Program-made: the position numbers and the translations under genes
Part shown: positions 15,432-23,899 of the stretch, one piece after another
Layout: every line of letters begins with the position of its first letter
Numbering within the stretch: position 1 is the stretch's first letter
Virus record (IMG/VR): IMGVR_UViG_3300043447_000277
Location: 1-41,209 of that record
DNA from: a virus
Taxonomy: Duplodnaviria > Caudoviricetes
Reading direction: 5' to 3' (one strand)
Length of the DNA: 41,209 nt
Notes under the pieces: model-generated
Told to the model about the DNA's origin: nothing
The model's database searches: none
The model's input: the letters and a program-made list of their open reading frames with translations, nothing else

Positions 15432-15604
15432 AGCGCGCAACCTACGATCCGCGCGACGTGCTCGTCCGCATCAACGGGCACGTATTCCGCGGGCCGCTCG
15501 AAGCGATCGAGAAGTTGCGGGCCGAGGGCGTCACGCTCGAACCCGTGACGCCGAACCGCAAGCAACGCCGCGCGCGTGCGGCCGCTGCCCGGAGGGCGAA
15601 GTGA
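15428..15604 (+). CDS. Small basic protein (58 aa) with tail-tube-like N-terminus
   Basis: ATGA and GTGA overlaps; MKRATYDPRDVLVRINGHVFRG...NRKQRRA. Confidence 0.65.
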   Translation: MKRATYDPRDVLVRINGHVFRGPLEAIEKLRAEGVTLEPVTPNRKQRRARAAAARRAK

Positions 15605-16173
15605 CGCGCGCCGCGTTCGCCCTCGTGTTCGGTCTCGCGTGCCTCGCGGTCGAGCGTTGCGGCGCGGCCGCGCAGGAACCCGCGCCCGTCGAGGTGCCGC
15701 CATCGCCGCCGGCGTGGGCCACGGACGCCGCGCTCGCGCTCGCCATAGTGGGCACGAACGAGGCCGGGATCGACGGGTACGCCGATCACCTCGCGATCGC
15801 GGCGTACGTCGAGCGCGAGGCGCGCCGGCGTGGCCTCTCGATCCCGAACTACGCCCGCGGCCGGTTCCGGCGCGCGCTCGCCCTGCCCGGAGCGCGGCGT
15901 AACCGACCGTGGATCGCGTACCTCTCGCGCTCCCTCGATGCCCCCGCCGAATGGCCCGAGGATCGGCAACGGTGGGCCGAGCGTCGGGAACAGTGGCGCG
16001 AGGCGCTCGACCGGATGGATCGGTTCGTCCGCGGCGAGGTGCGGGCGCCGTGCTCGCCCTCGACGTGGGGATCTCCCGTCTACGACCGCGACGAACTCGA
16101 CGCGCACCTCGAACGCGGCGCGCGCCGGCTCGATTGCGGCGCCACTCGAAACGAGTTCCTCGCGTTCAGGTGA
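15601..16173 (+). CDS. Exported protein, possibly SleB/Hydrolase_2-like cell wall hydrolase
   Basis: N-terminal signal/TM helix, Pro linker, LALAIVGTNEAG....D..AIA.Y..R resembling the SleB LA..I..EA.GE..AVA.V..R motif. Confidence 0.45.
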   Translation: MTRAAFALVFGLACLAVERCGAAAQEPAPVEVPPSPPAWATDAALALAIVGTNEAGIDGYADHLAIAAYVEREARRRGLSIPNYARGRFRRALALPGARRNRPWIAYLSRSLDAPAEWPEDRQRWAERREQWREALDRMDRFVRGEVRAPCSPSTWGSPVYDRDELDAHLERGARRLDCGATRNEFLAFR

Positions 16174-16206
16174 ACGCGAGATCAACGGAAGGAAAGAGGG
16201 AACACG

Positions 16207-16410
16207 ATGGCAGACAATCAACCCGAACCGATCTTGCAGTTCTTCGCCTACGAACACCTCCCGGCGCACCTCGCCGACGTGTCGCGGCCCTTCGGCGAAC
16301 TCGCGGCGGGAATCGTCGCGAGCTTGCCGCGGAACCCGGAGCGGACCGTGGCGTTGCGGAAGTTGCTCGAAGCGAAGGACGCGGCCGTCCGCGCCCTGAT
16401 CTTCAAGTAG
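16207..16410 (+). CDS. Small helical-hairpin protein (possible Acb2/Tad1-hairpin-like)
   Basis: FFAYEHLP.HL..VS.PF...PERTVALRKLLEAKDAAVRA; strong GAGGG RBS. Confidence 0.75.
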   Translation: MADNQPEPILQFFAYEHLPAHLADVSRPFGELAAGIVASLPRNPERTVALRKLLEAKDAAVRALIFK

Positions 16411-16768
16411 CGAACCCGAGGGCGAGCGCGAGGGCGAACCCAGCGCTGAGGCCCGAGGCCGCCCACACGAGGCGCCGAACCCGACGACGGAGCATGGGCA
16501 CCCGCTCGGCCCGCCGGCGGGCGTCGTCGCGTTCGGCCTCGACGGCGGCGAGGTGCTCGACGCGCAGGCGTAGGTCCGCTTCGAGAAGTCGGATCCGGCG
16601 TTCGGTCGGCTCGCGCGCGTCGAGGCACCCGAGGGCCTCGCGCCCGAGGTCGAGATCGAGCCATACGCCCGGCCGGCCGTCCGGGTGGGGCATGGCCTCG
16701 GCGGCATCCTGCGCGCCCGCCACGGGCGCCCACAACGTCACGGCGAGCACGAGGGCGGCGAGCCTCAC
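16403..16768 (-). CDS. Lysis-cassette protein: signal peptide, coiled coil and C-terminal TM (spanin-like)
   Basis: VRLAALVLAVTLWAPVAGA|QD, heptads, C-terminal hydrophobic helix; last gene of the late arm. Confidence 0.6.
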   Translation of the reverse strand: MRLAALVLAVTLWAPVAGAQDAAEAMPHPDGRPGVWLDLDLGREALGCLDAREPTERRIRLLEADLRLRVEHLAAVEAERDDARRRAERVPMLRRRVRRLVWAASGLSAGFALALALGFAT

Positions 16769-17094
16769 GGCCGCCCCCGGGCGTGCCGGGCGAGGCCGGC
16801 GGCGACGCCCTCGGCGTCGAGCGTGCGGGGCGCCTCGGCGGCCTCGGCGGCCTCGACGCGGGCGGCCTCGGCCTCGGCCTCGACGGCGGCCGCGGCGACC
16901 TCGACGGGGCGCGAGCGCGGCGGGGCAGGCCTCGGCGGCGCGGGGCGCCGGCGAACGGCCGCCCACGCGGCGGCGAGGAAGAGGACGAGCGGCGCGAGGG
17001 CGTACCACCCGAGGCGCTCGACCGGGCGGCGCACGCGCTCGACCATGGCGAGGGCGAACCCGACCACGAACGCGAGCGCGGCGACCTCGATCAC
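16765..17094 (-). CDS. Lysis-cassette membrane protein (i-spanin-like)
   Basis: Two hydrophobic segments, Pro linker, Ala/Glu helix; GTGA overlaps. Confidence 0.55.
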   Translation of the reverse strand: MIEVAALAFVVGFALAMVERVRRPVERLGWYALAPLVLFLAAAWAAVRRRPAPPRPAPPRSRPVEVAAAAVEAEAEAARVEAAEAAEAPRTLDAEGVAAGLARHARGRP

Positions 17095-17426
17095 GATCCG
17101 CCCTCGGCGGCCTTCTCGGTCGCCGCTTTCAGGAACCCGCGCGCGAGGTTGTAGAGCGTCGGCGAGAAGATCCCGCCGAGCCCGAAGTAGAGCGCCCGGC
17201 CCGCGGCGCCGTCGCCGAACGACTCGGGCACGGGGATCGAGGTCGCCGCGGCGCCGATGGCGGCCGCGAGCGCGGGGGCGTGCAGGGGAAGCGAGAGGTA
17301 CCACGCCCGGCGCCACCCGCGCGCGGTCGCCTTGCTCGCCTCGCGGGGGAAGATCGCCCGGTTCACGAACTCGCCGACGAACGAGAGGGCCGCGCCGAGC
17401 GCGACGAGAGGAAGGATCCACGTCAT
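17091..17426 (-). CDS. Putative holin (about 3 TM segments)
   Basis: 111 aa, three hydrophobic stretches and a charged C-terminus; ATGA overlap with the upstream gene. Confidence 0.65.
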   Translation of the reverse strand: MTWILPLVALGAALSFVGEFVNRAIFPREASKATARGWRRAWYLSLPLHAPALAAAIGAAATSIPVPESFGDGAAGRALYFGLGGIFSPTLYNLARGFLKAATEKAAEGGS

Positions 17427-18154
17427 GTGAGCGCCTCGTGGATCTCGGCGACCGAGAGGAAGGGGAACCGAAGGCGCAAGGGGTCGCGCTCGTTCAGGCG
17501 CGCGCGCCACTTCGCCCACAACGCCGAGCCGGGCTCGACGATCCACGCGCCGCCCTTGTCGGTCGAGTGATCGAAGCGACGGACCCACGGGTTCGTCGTC
17601 GTGTGCGCGGCCTTCTCGTGCGCGTCGAGGTGCCCCCGCCACGCCGGCGCCGCGCGCACGATGGCGTCGCGCAGGGCGTCGGCGAACCCGCCGTCCCCTT
17701 CGCCGATCCCGTTCGGGCTTGTGCCTGTCGAGCACGCATAGAGCACGACCACGCCCGAGGGCGCGAGCTTCTCGGCGAGCGCCTCGCCGAGCGCGGCGGC
17801 GTGCGAGTTGTCGAACCCGAGTTGCGGGAGCGAGCGGCGCAACCCATGCGTGAACATGGCGAACACGTCGGCGCCATCGGGCGCGGCCTTGATCGCGGCG
17901 AGCACGGCCGCACGGCGCGCACCGGCGCCGAGCCCGAGATCAATCTCGGTCGCGCGCGGCAACCCGTGCAGGCGCGAGAAGTGGATCGCCTCGGGCTTGA
18001 ACGCGCCCTTGTAGTCGTTCCCTTGCGTGTTCCGGTCGGGCGTGAGGATCAACCCGCGGCGCGGACGATCCCCTTCCCCCCCACCCGCGCCCGGAGATCG
18101 GGAGGGAACGGCCGCCAAGAGCGCGGGTGGGGGGTTGGAGTTTTCGTGGGGCAT
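17423..18154 (-). CDS. Caspase-hemoglobinase-fold (clan CD; DUF4347/C80-like) peptidase in the endolysin position
   Basis: Hydrophobic strand + HG (FAMFTHG) and strand + AC (VVLYACSTG), followed by GFADAL; flanked by holin-like genes. Confidence 0.6.
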   Translation of the reverse strand: MPHENSNPPPALLAAVPSRSPGAGGGEGDRPRRGLILTPDRNTQGNDYKGAFKPEAIHFSRLHGLPRATEIDLGLGAGARRAAVLAAIKAAPDGADVFAMFTHGLRRSLPQLGFDNSHAAALGEALAEKLAPSGVVVLYACSTGTSPNGIGEGDGGFADALRDAIVRAAPAWRGHLDAHEKAAHTTTNPWVRRFDHSTDKGGAWIVEPGSALWAKWRARLNERDPLRLRFPFLSVAEIHEALT

Positions 18155-18158
18155 GGCG

Positions 18159-18557
18159 TCATCCGATCGAGAGGCGAAGGGATTGGAGTTCGACGGCGAG
18201 CGCCTCGTTCTGCCGTTCGAGTTGCTTGATCTTGCCGGGGCACCCGGCGTGCTCGGTCTCGACTTTCGAGAGGCGCACGTCGAGGGCGGCGAGCTTCTCG
18301 GCGCACTCGTGCCGCGCTCGCTCGGCTTCGTGCCGATCGTCGTCGGCCTCGTTCCTCTCCCGCCGCATCCTCTCGAACGCCTCGCGCTCGGCCTGCATGG
18401 CGGCGCGTTCGGCTTCGAGCGCGTCGAGAAGGATCCGATCCTGCCCGATTCTCTCTTCGGCGGCCTTGCCCTTGCGCGTTGCGACCACGCCGAGCGTCGT
18501 TCCGACGAACGCGAGAGATCCGAGGGTGAGATCCTTGATCAACGTGAGAACTTCCAC
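18159..18557 (-). CDS. Membrane-anchored coiled-coil protein (holin/antiholin-like)
   Basis: Single N-terminal TM followed by a long coiled coil; GAGGT RBS; first gene of the lysis cassette. Confidence 0.6.
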   Translation of the reverse strand: MEVLTLIKDLTLGSLAFVGTTLGVVATRKGKAAEERIGQDRILLDALEAERAAMQAEREAFERMRRERNEADDDRHEAERARHECAEKLAALDVRLSKVETEHAGCPGKIKQLERQNEALAVELQSLRLSIG

Positions 18558-18566
18558 GGGCGCACC

Positions 18567-19919
18567 TCACACGAGAACAGAAGAGGGGCGGAACTGCCCC
18601 GACTGGATCACGGGGATCCCGGCGATGGCGGCCGGGTTTCGCAGACTCCCGAAGATGTAGCCCCCGGCGCAGGCCGAGACGCCCGAAGGCCCCGAGGCGT
18701 GCGCGAACCCGCGAGCGTTGCCGGGTTGGTAGAAGTGCGCGAACGAATCCCACGAAAGGCCGTCCTCCGTGAGGTGTAGAAGTCGGTTCGCGAGGATGCC
18801 GAACACGCCGGGCGCAGGTTGAACGAACTGCAAGGCGTTGATCTGCGACACGAGAAGAGACCACGCCGGCGCGCCCGTGGTCGAGGCGTACCAAACGCGC
18901 TCGCGCGATTCGTCCGTGACGCCTTGCGGCGCGATATTGTTCCGTTCGAGGATCCACACGCGCCCGCCGAACGTCGCCACGTCGAACGCGAGTTGAACGG
19001 GCGCCGTCGCCGGGAGGTCGGCCGCGTTCCATACGGTGAACGGTGCGTCCGCGTAGCGCACGCGGCGCAGGGAATCGACCACGAAAGCGCGTTGCGTCGT
19101 GGGGTCGACCGCTACCGCGTTCCCCGACTCGAACGCCGCCGAGCCCGCGAGAACGGGGAAGGTGTGTCGAAGGGTCCAGTTCGCCCCGTTGTTCGTCGAG
19201 GTGTAGATTTCGTGGGCGCCCGTGGCGTTGCGGCGCAACGCGATCAAGGTGCCCGTGGCCGCCGCGTAGGCGGCGCCGTCGTAGAACGCGGACGGCGCAC
19301 CGGCACTCACGGCGAAGGCCGCACCGATCGCGGTCGCGAAGTGAGGCGCGAACGTGGCGCCCACCGATCCGTAGGCGTAGGCGATGGCTCGGCCGTTCGG
19401 AGGCGTGCCCGCGGCGGGCGCGTCGTACATGAAAACACGAGGCTCGGAGTTCGCGGGGATCGCACCGATCGGCCAACTTGTGACGGCAACTCCAACCAAG
19501 TTGCGCGCGGGGATTCCGTTCAACGCGCCCGTCCGGTTGTACCCTTCGAGGAAGTAGATACTCGGCAAGGCCGCGGGCGTGCGCCACGAATACGCGATCA
19601 CCTCCCGCCCGTCCGCGCAATCCAGCCCGGCGACGTGCGCGAGCGCGTTCGCCGAGAGAGGGAGGGATCCGGCGGGGGACAGGACGGGTGCGATCGAGAA
19701 CTGCGCGGCCGCGGCGCGCGCGTCCCTACGCAACTCGGCGAGCACGGTCCCGTAGTTCGAGAGGATCGCGTTGACGTACTCGGCCGGGGCAAGCGTCGCC
19801 GGCGTGAACCCATCGGCGAGCACGCCGGCCGGCGGCGTGACCTTGTTCGGTTGCCCGTTCCAGAGGTTCGGGCCGGCGGGGAACAAGGTATTGGTGGCGA
19901 ACTGGATCGGGCGAGTCAT
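18567..19919 (-). CDS. Tail fibre / receptor-binding protein
   Basis: After the baseplate wedge genes; N-terminal GF.P....PAEYVN..L anchor motif; Asp-box-like STNNGANW and propeller-like C-terminus. Confidence 0.75.
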   Translation of the reverse strand: MTRPIQFATNTLFPAGPNLWNGQPNKVTPPAGVLADGFTPATLAPAEYVNAILSNYGTVLAELRRDARAAAAQFSIAPVLSPAGSLPLSANALAHVAGLDCADGREVIAYSWRTPAALPSIYFLEGYNRTGALNGIPARNLVGVAVTSWPIGAIPANSEPRVFMYDAPAAGTPPNGRAIAYAYGSVGATFAPHFATAIGAAFAVSAGAPSAFYDGAAYAAATGTLIALRRNATGAHEIYTSTNNGANWTLRHTFPVLAGSAAFESGNAVAVDPTTQRAFVVDSLRRVRYADAPFTVWNAADLPATAPVQLAFDVATFGGRVWILERNNIAPQGVTDESRERVWYASTTGAPAWSLLVSQINALQFVQPAPGVFGILANRLLHLTEDGLSWDSFAHFYQPGNARGFAHASGPSGVSACAGGYIFGSLRNPAAIAGIPVIQSGQFRPSSVLV

Positions 19920-19922
19920 GGG

Positions 19923-20540
19923 CTACACCGTTCGGACGGAGGAAAGTTCGCCGCCGACGCTCGGATCGTACACCGATCCGAACCCCTGCGCGGGCGAGAG
20001 AGTAGGCGCCGTGATCGAGGTGCCGAACACGAACGAGTCGGCGGCGCCCGGTGTCGTCGCGATCACGTAGTCGAGCCGCACGCCCGCGGCCTTGATCGCA
20101 CGCAGCACGATCAGGATCTCACTGTAGGGGTTCACCGGGAGGTCTCGATGCTCTAGGACCATCGCCGCCGGAGGGGGCTCGGAGATCAGGAACACGCCCG
20201 CCCCCGTCACGCCCTCGAAGAGAACGAGGATCGCGAGGATCTCGGGTATCCGCGCGTTGCTCCGATTGATCAGGATGCGAACGCGGATCCGGTTCCGATA
20301 GAGCACGTCCGAACTCCCGCGGCGTTCCTCGCGCACGATGCGCCCGATCGCGTCGAGTTGCGCGCCCTGCGCGTTGTCGATGAATCGCTCGAAGTGGACG
20401 CCGAACGCGGCCGACTCTAGCGCCTGCACCTGCAACGCCGGCGCCGCGGCGAGCGCCTCGACGCGCGCCTTGCCCTTGAACTGATAGAGCAAGAGGGCGA
20501 GCGCCTCGGCCTCGTGTTCCGTGTTCTCGGTCGCGATCAT
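19923..20540 (-). CDS. Baseplate wedge protein (DUF2612-like)
   Basis: YQF, A.GAQLD.IGRIV...R, D..YR..I...I..N motifs; follows baseplate J. Confidence 0.8.
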   Translation of the reverse strand: MIATENTEHEAEALALLLYQFKGKARVEALAAAPALQVQALESAAFGVHFERFIDNAQGAQLDAIGRIVREERRGSSDVLYRNRIRVRILINRSNARIPEILAILVLFEGVTGAGVFLISEPPPAAMVLEHRDLPVNPYSEILIVLRAIKAAGVRLDYVIATTPGAADSFVFGTSITAPTLSPAQGFGSVYDPSVGGELSSVRTV

Positions 20541-21730
20541 ACCGGAACCACCGTCACGGCGACGTTCGCCGAGATCGTGCGGACGACTTGACGGATCCCG
20601 GGGGCTACGTCGGCGAGCACGAACGGCCCAAGGATCGAGAGGGCGAGCCCGAAGATCGAAACGTGACGTACGCCCGGCACGTCGTAAGGGAGGCAGATCA
20701 CGCGCGACCAATAGAGCGGATCGCCGGGGCCGAGTGAGTCGTCCGCGCTCGCGATCGCATCCTGCACGGCCGCGGCGCCGGCGAACGTCGCGGCGTCGAC
20801 CTCGACCGTCACCTGAAAGAACACGTCGAGGAACGTCGGCCGCGTGAACCGGATCGGGTGCGAGTTGCCTTGTGCATCCTCGACGTTTCGGATCGTCGTG
20901 CCGTTCGTCCCGATGCCCCCGGCCTTGGTCCCGAACACGATCTCTGCGATGGCCTGATCGTCGTCGAGCGTCGGCACGGCCGGGCCGTACACGATGGCCT
21001 CGATCGAGTGCGGGAGGAGGCCGTTCACGTCGATCGCGTCGGTGTCGTTTTCCAGCACGGTCGCCGAGAGAACGCCCGGCCCATCGCGCAGAATGTCGGC
21101 GCGGATCGCGTCTACGTTCGTCGAGCCCGGCGATCGGATCTCGTTCTCGCGTCGCTCGCGCAGGGCGGCGTCGCCCTCGACCTCGGCGCCGAGCGTGGCG
21201 TCGGCCGTGTTCGTTACCGAGTTCCACCCGACGACGGGCGTAGCGATCACGGTGAGCGTTCCCGCGTTCGCCACGGTCGGCCCCGTCGCGACGGCCTCGA
21301 AGTCGACGGGGAAGTCCGCGGGAAGGACGCCGCCGTTCGTGACGGTCGCGAGGTTCACGAACAGAGACGACGGCGAGCCCGAGACCGAGGCGAAGAGAGT
21401 TCCCGCCGGGTACACGCCCGGGTTCACGTTCACCGAGCCCGGCGTGCGCGACTTGGTAGCGCCCTCACGTTGCGTGCCCGTGAGCGCAGCCACGGCGTCA
21501 AGGCTCGCGGCCTCGGCGGCGTCGGGGTCGAACGAACGGTACACCGCTTCGAGAACCTCCCACGCCTCGGCGAGCTTCTCGGCGTACACGCTGATCAGGA
21601 TCCCGATCACGGAGTCGGGCGACGTGTTCAGGCTCGGCGAGATCCGCGTCCGCAACTCGGCCTCGACCTCGGCGCGGAGATCCTCGTATCGTTTCAGCAC
21701 GAACCCGGAAGGTGTGACGCCGAAGGCCAT
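20537..21730 (-). CDS. Baseplate J/gp47-family protein
   Basis: GVTPSGF, DPD.A....LD, G...E.D..LR.R, NGLLPHSIEAIVYG. Confidence 0.9.
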   Translation of the reverse strand: MAFGVTPSGFVLKRYEDLRAEVEAELRTRISPSLNTSPDSVIGILISVYAEKLAEAWEVLEAVYRSFDPDAAEAASLDAVAALTGTQREGATKSRTPGSVNVNPGVYPAGTLFASVSGSPSSLFVNLATVTNGGVLPADFPVDFEAVATGPTVANAGTLTVIATPVVGWNSVTNTADATLGAEVEGDAALRERRENEIRSPGSTNVDAIRADILRDGPGVLSATVLENDTDAIDVNGLLPHSIEAIVYGPAVPTLDDDQAIAEIVFGTKAGGIGTNGTTIRNVEDAQGNSHPIRFTRPTFLDVFFQVTVEVDAATFAGAAAVQDAIASADDSLGPGDPLYWSRVICLPYDVPGVRHVSIFGLALSILGPFVLADVAPGIRQVVRTISANVAVTVVPV

Positions 21731-22111
21731 TCAGAACTCCACGATGAAGGGACCGAAGTCGGCCGAGTCGAACACCTGCCCCGACGTGAGGATCGCACGG
21801 AACGCGAGCGAGAGGCGACGCGCGCGCGAGTCGAACGCGAGATCGAAGGCGTCGAGCGTGGCGATCCCGGGCGTGCTCGTGATCACCCGCCGGAACATGG
21901 CGGCGACCTCGGCGCGCCTGAACTTTTGACCGAGCACGTCTCGAAAGTAGGGCACGCCTTGCCGCGTGTCGGCGAAGTATTCGCCGAGGAAGAACGCGAA
22001 CCGGATCCGCAAGCGTTGCGCCGTGGTCTCGCCGGTGTCGTCGGCCGAGAGAGGTATCACGCCTTCGGCGAGCACGAGATCCCCCGTCGCCTGATCGAGT
22101 AGGAGATCCAC
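21731..22111 (-). CDS. Baseplate gp25-like / sheath initiator
   Basis: AQRLRIRF.FFLGEYFAD...GVPY...I..TPG. Confidence 0.8.
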   Translation of the reverse strand: MDLLLDQATGDLVLAEGVIPLSADDTGETTAQRLRIRFAFFLGEYFADTRQGVPYFRDVLGQKFRRAEVAAMFRRVITSTPGIATLDAFDLAFDSRARRLSLAFRAILTSGQVFDSADFGPFIVEF

Positions 22112-22755
22112 TAGGCCCCCACTTTCAAGATCGCCGAGGCGCTCGGAACGACCACGTAGGCGGGGGAGACCGGGCCGCCGGGCGGGACGTGCACGTGCGT
22201 GGCGAACGCGGATTGCAGGGCGTCGACTCGCGAGGCGAGCGCGGCCGCCTGCGCGGCGCCGCCGACCTGCACCTGCGACGGCGTGAGCGTGATTCGAACG
22301 CCGCCCTCGCTCCCCAACTGCGCGCCGCTCGGCGCCGGGGCGATCGGGTTGGTCGCGGGGAAGAGACCCGGGATCGCGATGGCGCCGGCGAGCGTGTGCC
22401 GGCGCGAGTCGCCGGGGTCGACCACGGAACCGACGCGCCGCCATTCGTTCAAGTCGACCTCGGAGAACACGAGGAGCACGGAGTCACCCGGGGCGAGCGG
22501 GAAGGCGAGGAAGAACCCGCCGGCACGCGGGAAGGCGACGGGCACGTCGGGGATCACGGGGAGCGCCTCGGGCGTGAGCGTGCCGTCCATCTGTAGGACG
22601 GACCCGCGCACGGCGGGCAGCACGTCGGCCGATTGCGTCGCCGCGTTGTAGGCCTGCACGATCCCCGGCATCGCCACGCGCACGCCTTCGAGCCGGGCGT
22701 CGAGCGCCTCGCGGATCACTTCGGGGAGCGTGGGGGGTGTGATCGCCTCGGTCAT
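22111..22755 (-). CDS. Baseplate spike protein (Gp138/gpV-like)
   Basis: AMPG.V..Y, DVPVAFPRAGG, PGD.VLLVF, R.H.L..A.AIPG, C-terminal HVH metal motif. Confidence 0.88.
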   Translation of the reverse strand: MTEAITPPTLPEVIREALDARLEGVRVAMPGIVQAYNAATQSADVLPAVRGSVLQMDGTLTPEALPVIPDVPVAFPRAGGFFLAFPLAPGDSVLLVFSEVDLNEWRRVGSVVDPGDSRRHTLAGAIAIPGLFPATNPIAPAPSGAQLGSEGGVRITLTPSQVQVGGAAQAAALASRVDALQSAFATHVHVPPGGPVSPAYVVVPSASAILKVGA

Positions 22756-23576
22756 GGTGCGCGGCCCTCAATCGCTACGTGCCAATCCTTCCCGCCAGTG
22801 TCGCCGGAAAGGTTGGCCTTGTCGATCCGGTAACGCCCGCGGAGGATCTCGCCCTCGACCTCGACCAAACGCCCCGGCACGAGATCGGGAAGTAGCAGGG
22901 CGCGGGCTTTGAGCACGCCCCGCGCGTCGACCGTGGGCACGCCGACAAGGCCCGACGACGCCGAGAGTACAACGGCCGTCGTGTTCAATGGCGCGCCGAG
23001 GGGTAGCACTTGCAACGCGCCGTCCTGAATCGACCATTCGAGGCCGGCCGAGCGCGCGAGGCCGTCGAGTTCGTCGACCGCGCGCCCGTGAACGACCGTC
23101 CCGTGGGCGAACTCGCGTACACCCCCGCCGAGCAACGCGCGCGAGAAGGCCTCGACGGAGTTACCTCGACCGACGCCGAGCGCGTCGGCGACGTACCCGA
23201 GCACCGTGTCGAGTGGCGTACCCGGGCCGAACGCGCGCGAGACCCTCGCGCCGCTCGCGCGCTCGCCGTCGCCGCCGGCAAGCGTCGTGATCAGGTTCGG
23301 CCCGTCGCGTTCCGTGCGGGCCGTTCGGAGTTCGCCTAGATAGACCGTCGAGAGGGCCTCGCGGTAGCCCGCGTTGATCTGCACGGGCACGGCGCGGCGA
23401 GTCGTGGCGAGTTGCTCTAGTTGGCGCCGGTGATCCGGGTTCAGATTCCAGATCCGCACCTCGCACTTGTTCGGCGTGCGGCGCGCCGTTTTCTCGACCT
23501 TGAACGCGACGCGCAGATCCGACACGAGCAACCCGCCCACGTTGATCTCCGCGCGCCGCTCGAAGAGTTGCGTCAC
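22752..23576 (-). CDS. Baseplate hub protein
   Basis: F.V.K......N...V.I.NL, AGY, WSIQDG.LQ, SGL.G.P, GDT.G..W. Confidence 0.82.
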   Translation of the reverse strand: MTQLFERRAEINVGGLLVSDLRVAFKVEKTARRTPNKCEVRIWNLNPDHRRQLEQLATTRRAVPVQINAGYREALSTVYLGELRTARTERDGPNLITTLAGGDGERASGARVSRAFGPGTPLDTVLGYVADALGVGRGNSVEAFSRALLGGGVREFAHGTVVHGRAVDELDGLARSAGLEWSIQDGALQVLPLGAPLNTTAVVLSASSGLVGVPTVDARGVLKARALLLPDLVPGRLVEVEGEILRGRYRIDKANLSGDTGGKDWHVAIEGRAP

Positions 23577-23899
23577 GTCGGCAACTCCAAGGCCGCGTAG
23601 TAGACGAACACGGCGCGCGTTCCGAGATCGGCGAACAAGATCGGGGCGTCGCCCGTATTGTCGATCGCGGCGAGTTCTCCCGGAGGGCAACGTGCGTCTA
23701 CCACGCGGCGCAGTAGAGGGAGGTTCGGGATCACCTTCACACCCGAGACGATCGGGTCGCCGTTCTCGTCGGCGAGATCGAAGAACCATCGCGCCTCGCG
23801 CTCGTTCCACACGAACGCGATCACGTACTCTCGGCCGTCGAGCTTCGATCGTTGCGTGAACGCGGGGAGCAACGGGAAAGGGATCGGGATCGTAATCAT
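23573..23899 (-). CDS. Baseplate plug / small baseplate protein
   Basis: LDG..Y...F.WN.R...W..D......PI..G pattern; synteny. Confidence 0.75.
   Translation of the reverse strand: MITIPIPFPLLPAFTQRSKLDGREYVIAFVWNEREARWFFDLADENGDPIVSGVKVIPNLPLLRRVVDARCPPGELAAIDNTGDAPILFADLGTRAVFVYYAALELPT

Noticed and set aside
18567-19919. Diversity-generating retroelement or invertible fibre cassette
   Set aside because: No reverse transcriptase, invertase or template/variable repeat pair noticed.
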